This document shows positions 1 to 7,500 of a stretch of DNA of 37,979 nt, one piece after another. Every line of letters begins with the position of its first letter. Position 1 is the first letter of the stretch. The stretch spans positions 1 to 37,979 of the IMG/VR virus record IMGVR_UViG_3300017913_000351; one strand, given 5' to 3'. Position numbers and translations under genes: made by a program. The notes under the pieces are model-generated. The model did no database searches. It was not told the DNA's origin and saw only the letters and a program-made list of their open reading frames with translations. Source of the DNA: a virus.

Positions 1-141
1 CCGGTCGTCGGTGACGCTAAAGGATTCGCTGAGGCGCGTGATGCGTTCGCTGAAGGTGATTATGGTGAGGCAGCGCTGTTAGGTGGCTTGGGCGTGCTTG
101 GCCTTGTACCGATGCTAGGCGACGTAGCAGCCGGTGCTATC
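1..141. repeat. Terminal direct repeat copy 1, identical to 37839..37979. Interpreted as the contig-end overlap of a circular or circularly permuted genome.
   Basis: Base-by-base reading shows 1..141 equals 37839..37979. The repeat lies inside an open reading frame. Confidence 0.95.
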
Positions 142-1131
142 AAGGGTGCTATGAGCACTGCAGCAGCTCCGATGCGTCAGATCAACCCTAAGTTCTCGAA
201 GCAGATAGAAGGCAGTAATAACCGCAAATTTGATCAAAAACGCGGAGAGGGTATCGATTTCACCGTAGAAGATCGTCCGCTAGAGATTCCGAGCGAGACA
301 CTTTCTTTGGCAGACTTTGAGGGCAGGCCCTATATGTTTGGTCAGTCAGATCGATCGCGTGCAGGCGGTATTCTGACGCAGGTTGGTGGTGCAGATATCA
401 CGCCGATTGATTTGCGTGGCGGTCGAGACTTTATGTTTGATGCGCCATCTCAGGGCATGGTCTGGGCATCAGCACCTGACGTGGTGAACAACATGAGCAA
501 GCAAGCGCAGAGGCTAAAAGACACTTATGGGCAAGATCCGATATTCCTGCCTTACATGATGCAGCCAACTGGGATCGACTTCTCTACGTTCCCCTTGGAT
601 GCAATGATCAATACAGCCCGTGCTGGTATGTCGAAGACCAATATCAAAAAGCTCGATTCCCGCATCCGTAAGGTACTTCCAGAATGGAAGGGCGTTGCAG
701 ATCCAACAGCTAATTACGCGTTCCGCACGGCGACCGGCGACCAACGGAAAGCAATACAGAAAATGATGGATATGGAGTTTAGGGACGTACCCGGCGGCAT
801 GTCGCAGGCGGAAGCTAGGGTCGTGTCGACTGATCCTGCACAGCTAGTCGACGAGGGCGGCATCGTCACAAACGTCGGATTGATCGATACGAGCAGGCCT
901 CTGGTTTATGACAGCGGACACCCAACATATATTCGCGGGCTACCCGGTGAGGGCCTCGGCCGACTAGAGACTCCTGTGACGATCTTCCCTCAATCTCGAT
1001 TGCGCGGTCGTGATATCAGCGACAACCCCACTGATAAACAGCGCGGCGATGCGTTGCGCTCAATGTCGATGAGTCCAGAGGTACAGGAGGGGCTAATCGA
1101 TGAAGAGTTTCTCCGGGCATATTACGACTAG
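1..1131 (+). CDS. C-terminal part of the wrap-around 689-aa virion-associated protein, continuing from 36900..37979. Positions 1..141 duplicate 37839..37979. It carries the end of a pre-toxin-TG-like motif and a ~330-aa domain of unknown function.
   Basis: Codon phase is continuous through the overlap: 36900 and 37839 are both codon starts, and 37839 corresponds to position 1. The stop is TAG at 1129..1131. Track ORF 88..1131 is only the part downstream of an internal TTG. Confidence 0.85.
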   Translation, partial: PVVGDAKGFAEARDAFAEGDYGEAALLGGLGVLGLVPMLGDVAAGAIKGAMSTAAAPMRQINPKFSKQIEGSNNRKFDQKRGEGIDFTVEDRPLEIPSETLSLADFEGRPYMFGQSDRSRAGGILTQVGGADITPIDLRGGRDFMFDAPSQGMVWASAPDVVNNMSKQAQRLKDTYGQDPIFLPYMMQPTGIDFSTFPLDAMINTARAGMSKTNIKKLDSRIRKVLPEWKGVADPTANYAFRTATGDQRKAIQKMMDMEFRDVPGGMSQAEARVVSTDPAQLVDEGGIVTNVGLIDTSRPLVYDSGHPTYIRGLPGEGLGRLETPVTIFPQSRLRGRDISDNPTDKQRGDALRSMSMSPEVQEGLIDEEFLRAYYD

Positions 1132-1148
1132 CACTGAGGTATAATCGA

Positions 1149-1403
1149 ATGAAGCCAGCGAAAGGTAAGGCGAAGGTAAAGCGTACAGCCTCCGGTAAAA
1201 AGGTCTCATATGGACAAGCCGGTAAGGCTAAGGATGGCGGACCGCGAGTAAGGCCCGGAACCAGTAAAGGTAACAGCTATTGTGCTCGTTCCGCTGGTCA
1301 GATGAAGAAGCACCCGAAAGCGGCTGCCAATCCTAACTCACCGCTGCGTCTTTCTCGTAAGCGCTGGAAGTGTTCTGGCACGAAGTCTAGGAGCAAGAAA
1401 TGA
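1149..1403 (+). CDS. Hyper-basic small protein (84 aa), possibly an internal or DNA-associated virion protein.
   Basis: SD-like tgaggt lies about 9 nt upstream. About 30% of residues are K/R. Motifs SYCARSAG and SPLRLSRKRWKC are recalled from small basic proteins of marine phages. The stop overlaps the next ATG (ATGA). Confidence 0.7.
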   Translation: MKPAKGKAKVKRTASGKKVSYGQAGKAKDGGPRVRPGTSKGNSYCARSAGQMKKHPKAAANPNSPLRLSRKRWKCSGTKSRSKK

Positions 1404-1504
1404 AGAAGAAAGGCTTTAAACCATGCGCAGGCTGCACTAGCCCGCAATCATGCCGTAACCGCGGCTCATGTCGAAAGCGAGGTTCAAAAGGCTATGCCAA
1501 GTAA
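1400..1504 (+). CDS. Candidate 34-aa basic, Cys-rich micro-protein.
   Basis: Below the track size cutoff. ATGA-coupled to 1149..1403. Translates as MKKKGFKPCAGCTSPQSCRNRGSCRKRGSKGYAK. It competes with an alternative reading, frame-0 readthrough of the TGA at 1401. Confidence 0.3.
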   Translation: MKKKGFKPCAGCTSPQSCRNRGSCRKRGSKGYAK

Positions 1505-1652
1505 GCGAGGTCTATATGCAAACATTCATGCGAAACGTAAGAGAATTAAAGCGGGCTCTGGCGAAAAAATGCGCAAAGCTGGTAGCAAAGGCGCACCTAC
1601 TGCTAAGCAATTTAAGGCTGCGGCTAAAACAGCTAAGAAGAAGCGTAAGTAA
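1494..1652 (+). CDS. Hyper-basic 52-aa protein with a GLYANIHAKRKR motif.
   Basis: Below the track cutoff. The motif is recalled from many small phage/virus proteins. Its TAA overlaps the ATG of the next gene (TAATG at 1650..1654). Preferred over track ORF 1468..1665. Confidence 0.55.
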   Translation: MPSKRGLYANIHAKRKRIKAGSGEKMRKAGSKGAPTAKQFKAAAKTAKKKRK

Positions 1653-2275
1653 TGGCACTAAGTAACTATACTGAGCTTAAGAGCACTATTGCTGACTTTT
1701 TGAACAGGGACGATCTCACGAGCATCATCCCGGCGTTCATTGAGCTGGCCGAGGCGCAAATGAATCGCGATGTACGGCACTGGCGCATGGAAACGCGCTC
1801 TGTGGGTGACGTAGACAGCGAGTACAGTGCGCTGCCGACTGACTGGATAGAGACCATTAGTCTGCACGTAAACGGCGATGGCACCTCTACGCTCAACCTA
1901 GCAAGCCGGGAAGCGATTGCTAACCGTCGCGCTAAGACTGAAGATGAAAGCGGCCGTCCGAGGCTGTATTCACACGCTGACGGCTCGATCGAATTGTTCC
2001 CGACGCCAGACAAGACATATGAGATAGAGCTGCTGTATTACGCAAAGCTAGACGTTCTCAGCTCTAGTAATGCGACCAACTGGTTACTCGATGAGGCCCC
2101 GGACGTTTACTTGTACGGTGCGTTGATTCACAGCGCCCCCTACCTGCAGGAAGACGCAAGAGCTGGCACATGGGCGTCTATGTACAGTGCTGCAGTGCAA
2201 AAGCTCAATGCGGCCTCGAAGGCTGCACAAATGAGCGGGACCGGGCTTAGATTAAACGTGAGAGGCTTAGGATGA
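1652..2275 (+). CDS. Putative head-tail adaptor or virion structural protein (207 aa).
   Basis: N-terminal pattern NYTELKSTIADFLNRDDL..IPAFIELAEAQMNR and C-terminal NWLLDEAPDVYLYGAL resemble a conserved phage adaptor-like family, recognised from memory. Translationally coupled on both sides. Confidence 0.5.
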   Translation: MALSNYTELKSTIADFLNRDDLTSIIPAFIELAEAQMNRDVRHWRMETRSVGDVDSEYSALPTDWIETISLHVNGDGTSTLNLASREAIANRRAKTEDESGRPRLYSHADGSIELFPTPDKTYEIELLYYAKLDVLSSSNATNWLLDEAPDVYLYGALIHSAPYLQEDARAGTWASMYSAAVQKLNAASKAAQMSGTGLRLNVRGLG

Positions 2276-2685
2276 GCTTTACCAATTACTTAGAGAGCGC
2301 GCTGTTAAACCATGTCTTTGGCGGCACTGATTACACTGCACCGAGTACGCTGTATGTAGGTCTGTTCACAGCGGAGCCCGGTGAGGGCGGTGGCGGCACT
2401 GAAGTGTCCGGTAATGGATATGCCCGTCAGAGCGTAGCAATGAGCGTTAGCGGTACGTCTCCGACAGAGGCAGATAACGACGCTGCTATCGAGTTTCCGA
2501 CTGCTACGGGCTCTCAGGGCACCGTAACGCACGCTGGAGTGTTTGATGCGCTAACCGGCGGCAATCTGCTGGCGTATGCGACTCTCACTGATCCCGACGA
2601 CTTTTCTACAGCCAATCCGAAGGCTATCGGAAGTGGCGACATTTTCCGCATCGCAGTCGGCAATCTGAAAATTAGATTGGATTAA
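2272..2685 (+). CDS. Conserved tail-associated structural protein (137 aa).
   Basis: The pattern LLNHVFGG..YTAPSTLYVGLFT...SGNGYARQ...FP.ATGSQGTVTHAGVFDALTGGNLL is a recurrent family next to fibre genes. ATGA-coupled. Confidence 0.6.
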   Translation: MSFTNYLESALLNHVFGGTDYTAPSTLYVGLFTAEPGEGGGGTEVSGNGYARQSVAMSVSGTSPTEADNDAAIEFPTATGSQGTVTHAGVFDALTGGNLLAYATLTDPDDFSTANPKAIGSGDIFRIAVGNLKIRLD

Positions 2686-2687
2686 GC

Positions 2688-2987
2688 ATGGCGACGATTG
2701 TTACAAGGTCAGGTAAGGGTGCTGCTCTGACGCATACAGAGCTGGACGCTAACTTTACTAACCTTAACACTGCAAAGCTGGAGTCATCCGATCTGGCTGG
2801 CTATGGCAAGACATTCTCTCAATCGACTGCCCCGGCGGCAGCAGATTCGAGTGAAGGCAATCTTTGGTACAAGACTGATACCGAAGATCTCTATGTATAC
2901 CGAGAGGTATCACAGAATGTATTCAATTGGGTGATTCTCTCAACTGGTACAGGTAACTCAGACACATTAGATGGAGGCTCATACTAA
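2688..2987 (+). CDS. Short fibre-like protein (99 aa).
   Basis: The N-terminal motif GAALTHTELDANFTNLN is typical of podophage fibre N-termini. It ends in DTLDGGSY. Its TAA overlaps the next ATG. Confidence 0.6.
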   Translation: MATIVTRSGKGAALTHTELDANFTNLNTAKLESSDLAGYGKTFSQSTAPAAADSSEGNLWYKTDTEDLYVYREVSQNVFNWVILSTGTGNSDTLDGGSY

Positions 2988-4519
2988 TGACCCAGACTAT
3001 CAAGATCAAACGATCCACGGGGTCATCGGCCCCATCAACATTGGCGCAAGGTGAGCTTGCTTACTCGAAAGACGGTAACAAGCTCTTTATTGGTGACCCG
3101 GCGGCGGTCAACACGCCGATACAAATCAACAAAGGCAAGATTGAGGCTATCGATACCTCAGCGGCCGATGTCTTGCAGGTCGATGGTGACAACGAATTAG
3201 CTGGAGTAGATGCAGGTAATGCGGATGCAATTGTCTTTTGGGATGACAGTGCCAGCAAGTTAACCTACATGACGCCAACGAACCTGTTGGATTTTGCCAG
3301 CCTCAACACGACAGACGACGTCACCTTCAATGATTTGACAGTGACCGGAAATCTGACGATCACAGGCGATATCGACTCGTACAACGTCACAAACCTCAAT
3401 GTTCAAGATAAAACCATCACGGTAAACGAAGGCGGCACTGAAGCGGGTAGTGACGGCTCTGGGCTCATTGTTGACCGAGGGACCGCGGACGACGCATTCG
3501 TTAAGTGGGATGAAACGGATGGTCAATTTAATTTCAGTGACGGCATACAGGTAGCGACACAAACGGTCATTTCCGATTCCGGTCGTCATTATGCGTCAGA
3601 CGGTACTGACGTAAAGGCCGCATATGGCTTTGATAGTAGTTCGAGCACAGGTCTTAGCTACGGCTCCAGCGGCAACCGTATTAAGTTCCTGTCGGGCGGC
3701 GCTGTGCGTGCATACATTCAGACGGGCACTGATAACCCGCAAACTGATACGTTCTATGTAGATGGTCGATCTACATTCACTGATCAGATTGCTGTAACCG
3801 GCGATGGTAATTCGGGGAATTGGAAGTCGGCATACGATTGGGGTAACCACGCTTCTGCGGGCTATCTTACAAGCGTAAGCTTCAGTGATATTGATGATGG
3901 TTCTGTTTTGTTATCGACAGAAACCTTTTCTGATAGCGATTCACAGCTTATGTCTGCCGCGGCGATTGATGACCGCATTCAGTCATACGGCTACACAACA
4001 AACGTAGGCGATATTACTGGTGTAACGGCTGGCACAGGTCTCTCAGGTGGTGGTTCGTCTGGTAGCGTCACATTGGCAGTTGATCTGTCAGAGCTAACGG
4101 ACATGACTGCGGATGTTAACTCATCGCAAGACGAGCTTATCCTTTTGGACAACGGCGCTGACCGACGTAAAAAGTTCAACGAGATCCCAATCAATGCCTT
4201 CCGTACCAGCGGTGCTAATGATCTTGAGTTTGAAGACAACTTTTTAAAGCTCAACCAAACATCAACCGTTACCAGTCAGAACGGCGGTCTTTACGTTGCA
4301 CGATCAGGCAGTAACCAAGATGCTGTTTTATTCTGGGATGAGTCACAAAGTAAGTGGAAGTTCGGTACAGAGGGACTCTCTAACTCCGTGGGTATTGGTG
4401 ATATTACTCAGATAGAGATTACCTCTAGCGATGGCAGTATTAGTGGTACTGGCACCACGAACAGCGGTGATGCATCATTCGACCTTGAGGTCGCATCTAT
4501 CGACGGCGGCACGTACTAA
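2987..4519 (+). CDS. Tail fibre protein (510 aa).
   Basis: The N-terminus TIKIKRSTGSSAPSTLAQGELAYSKDGNKLFIGD is a fibre anchor motif, paralogous to the N-terminus of 4532..10324. Ser/Thr/Gly/Asp-rich. Ends in IDGGTY. Confidence 0.75.
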   Translation: MTQTIKIKRSTGSSAPSTLAQGELAYSKDGNKLFIGDPAAVNTPIQINKGKIEAIDTSAADVLQVDGDNELAGVDAGNADAIVFWDDSASKLTYMTPTNLLDFASLNTTDDVTFNDLTVTGNLTITGDIDSYNVTNLNVQDKTITVNEGGTEAGSDGSGLIVDRGTADDAFVKWDETDGQFNFSDGIQVATQTVISDSGRHYASDGTDVKAAYGFDSSSSTGLSYGSSGNRIKFLSGGAVRAYIQTGTDNPQTDTFYVDGRSTFTDQIAVTGDGNSGNWKSAYDWGNHASAGYLTSVSFSDIDDGSVLLSTETFSDSDSQLMSAAAIDDRIQSYGYTTNVGDITGVTAGTGLSGGGSSGSVTLAVDLSELTDMTADVNSSQDELILLDNGADRRKKFNEIPINAFRTSGANDLEFEDNFLKLNQTSTVTSQNGGLYVARSGSNQDAVLFWDESQSKWKFGTEGLSNSVGIGDITQIEITSSDGSISGTGTTNSGDASFDLEVASIDGGTY

Positions 4520-4531
4520 TAGGTAGGAACC

Positions 4532-7500
4532 ATGTCCCAGACGATTAAGCTAAAGCGGGGTACTACTACCCCGACTACTAGTAACATTGTAAGCGGCGAG
4601 GTGGCGATTGATACGTCGGCTCAGAAGCTTTACATCAATGACGCTGGGACAATCAAGGAGATCGGGGGCGGCTTAGGCTCAATCTCGGTCTCTGACGTTC
4701 CTAACCTACCTGCCTCTAAGATTACGAGCGGCACGTTTGCAGCGGCGCGTATACCTAATATATCTGGTGCAAAGATTACGTCCGGGACGGTAGCAGCGGC
4801 TCGCATTGCTAATTTAGCCGCATCTAAGATCACATCCGGTACGTTTGCAACGGCTCGTATACCAAGCTTGGCGGCAAGCAAAATCACGTCTGGCACTTTT
4901 GACGCCGCACGCATACCTAGCCTAGCGGCAAGCAAGATCACGTCCGGTACATTTGATGCGGCCCGTATTCCTACGTTAGACCAGTATGTAAAAACTGCTG
5001 GCGACACAATGTCTGGAAGGCTCGTCATTGAAGACTCTAGCGGCGGAGACGGCAGTTGGACGGGCGGAATATTAATTGACAATACGGCCACCGATGCTGG
5101 CGAACCAGCAATTGCCTTCCAAAACTCCGCAATGGGGTCTAATTACTGGATTGTCGGATCTAATCAAGACAACGAACTGCACTTTTCTTATGGCACCGTA
5201 TTCCAAGATGGCAATACAAAACTAAACTTAAAAAGTGACGGTAAGCTGGGCGTAGGGACAGGTGCGAATGCTTTAACTCACAAGTTTAACGTTACAGGCA
5301 CATCACTTTTAGACGGAGCGGTGCATGTAGCAGAGCATCTGTACCATGCCGATGACACAAACACGTATATCCGGCTTGAGAACGATCAAATCTCAATCGT
5401 CGCGGGAGGAACGACTAAGTTCCACAGCAGTAACACCTACCTAACAACGTCATCTACCATTAATGCCGACACAGTAGATAACCTACATGCGACTTCGTTC
5501 CTGCGCTCTGATGCGAACGATACGGCTACCGGGCAAATAACTATCAGCAATACTGCTGACGCTCAACTAAAACTAACGTCCCCCAGTTCTTGGACAGGCA
5601 TTGGGTTCAATGACTCTGCCGCCGCAGGCTATCAATACATCTGGCACAACGGTGAGCACGGCACATTTGCTATTGGTGGTGGAGGCTCTAACGTATCCGG
5701 CAAAAAACTACACGTAGATGGTGGTATGACCGTCGGTGCCAACATGGACAGCACGGCTACAAACGCAAATGGCTTAACTGTTGAGCAAGACGTAACAGCT
5801 AAGGTTTTTGTAGATAGAGACAATTCTGCGTACTACGTCAATCCAGCAGGTTTACAGCGCCAAGACCAGATTTATGCTAACTGGGTAGGCATCGGCACAA
5901 GCAACAACACGTCGGGAAGCTACAAGCTCAACATGGGCGGCTCCATTGACATGAACAACAACCACGTTCATTACATCAATGAAGCACATTTTAACGGTGG
6001 CTCACGATTTAAAAGTGATGGTGGCGAAGGTCTAATCCTTAGATCTGGTAGTGCCAGTGTTTCTAAAATACGGCTTGGTACGAACAGTGATACGGCTCGT
6101 GGGTACTTGTATGCGAACAGTTCTAATGAAATTGGTTTATTAGACAGTGACCACCAGTGGGCGATCCGGCACTCACGCGACAACTACACTGAATTCCGTA
6201 TCAACAACAGTGTTAAGGCGTACCTGAACAACGACCAGTTCTACCACACGTCTAGCATCCGTTCGCCAATTTTTTACGACAGAAACAACACCAACTACTA
6301 CTTCCACGGTGACAGTGAGTCGCGTCTTGCAAACGCAAGGGTGGAGCGTTACTTCCAGTGGGCGCATGGTAAGCCGACCAACAACCTCGGCGACCCAACT
6401 GTCACTGAAATGGCGTTGTTTGATGAGCAGTTCAACAACAAGACGCTCGAACACGCTACAAGCAAAGTAACCTTCTGGCGACAGCAAACCAGTAGCAGTT
6501 CGTGGACTGAGTACACAGCAGTATCAGACAGTGAAAAGAAACAACTACTCCGAGGCGCTGCCACCTCTAGCCTGTCGATCCCTAATCTTGACTACAAGTT
6601 CCGCATCGAGGTAGACGCAGACGGATATACTTTTGCTAACGCTCTGTATATGTACTGGTCTAGCAACAGCCACAACACGCAGGTTCATATCTACAAGCGA
6701 CGGTGTTCTGATAACGCGTGGATTCAACATACCAGTTCTAGCACCACTGTAAGTAGCTGGCCCGGACATTTGTACCTGCCGTTTTCCAACATCCCGTGGC
6801 ACGAGACAAACACAACGTCTACAGGTCACTTTAACCGGATTCGTATTGAATTTATCCCCAACTGGTCTGGTCACGCTGATTACGGCGACCGTGTTATTAA
6901 CTTGTACAAGATGCAGATCTGGGGCGGCTACCCAGCAGGACGCAGGACGCCGTACTACTACGATGAGAACTTGCAATACTTCTTCCCGCAGAATATTCAG
7001 GCGTACCGCTACTATGACCGTGACAACACGTCTAAGTATGTAGACCCAGCAGGTACATCTGAACTAAGTCACTTGAATGTGGCAAACAACATCACCGCCA
7101 GCGGCAACATTACGGGCGCTCGTGCAGCGTTTGGCGGCACAGCGCTTGGCTCTGGCGAAGACGTTCGTTTAGGCGGCATCCGTGGCAGGTTCTCTAACGA
7201 GCTGATTCACCTTTATAACCGAGTTAATATCGGCTACCCGAGCGGATGGGCTGGGCAAGGTGCACCTAACTACGGGCTGTCAACGCACGGCGGCGCTCAG
7301 TTTAACGTCGGAAATGTGAGCGGTGCTCCATTCACCTTTAATGGGCACACTATCTGGCATGCTGGTAATGATGGTTCCGGTTCCCAGTTGGATGCCGACT
7401 TGCTAGACGGGTTACAGGGTTCCTTCTACTTTAAGTCCTATACAAACAATAATGGCGGCTGGTCTCAGTCCAACAGAAATTTCAGTGTAAGAACTGGCGG

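Noticed and set aside
1-141. The 141-bp terminal repeat as a genuine T7-like direct terminal repeat.
   Set aside because: It lies in the middle of a continuous ORF, and its length equals a common maximum assembler k-mer. It is more parsimoniously a circular-contig overlap. Read-terminus analysis is needed to settle this.
1468-1665. Track ORF of 65 aa (MSKARFKRLCQV...).
   Set aside because: It has no SD, overlaps the start of the 1652 gene, and lacks motifs. The alternative frame 1494..1652 has a conserved-looking GLYANIHAKRKR motif and TAATG coupling.
4706-4975. Fibre repeats, or the other tandem repeats, as a CRISPR array or a DGR variable/template repeat pair.
   Set aside because: The repeats are in-frame coding units without spacers. 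No reverse transcriptase and no distant template copy with adenine-specific mismatches is present.
4630-5091. Antisense 153-aa ORF inside the giant fibre gene, along with other minus-strand ORFs at 6173..6976, 8864..9517, 11171..11749, 13512..13991, 16703..17107, 29005..29562 and 34136..34579.
   Set aside because: All are shadow ORFs opposite well-supported + strand genes, without SDs. Several are generated by coding repeats. No minus-strand gene is supported anywhere in the window.
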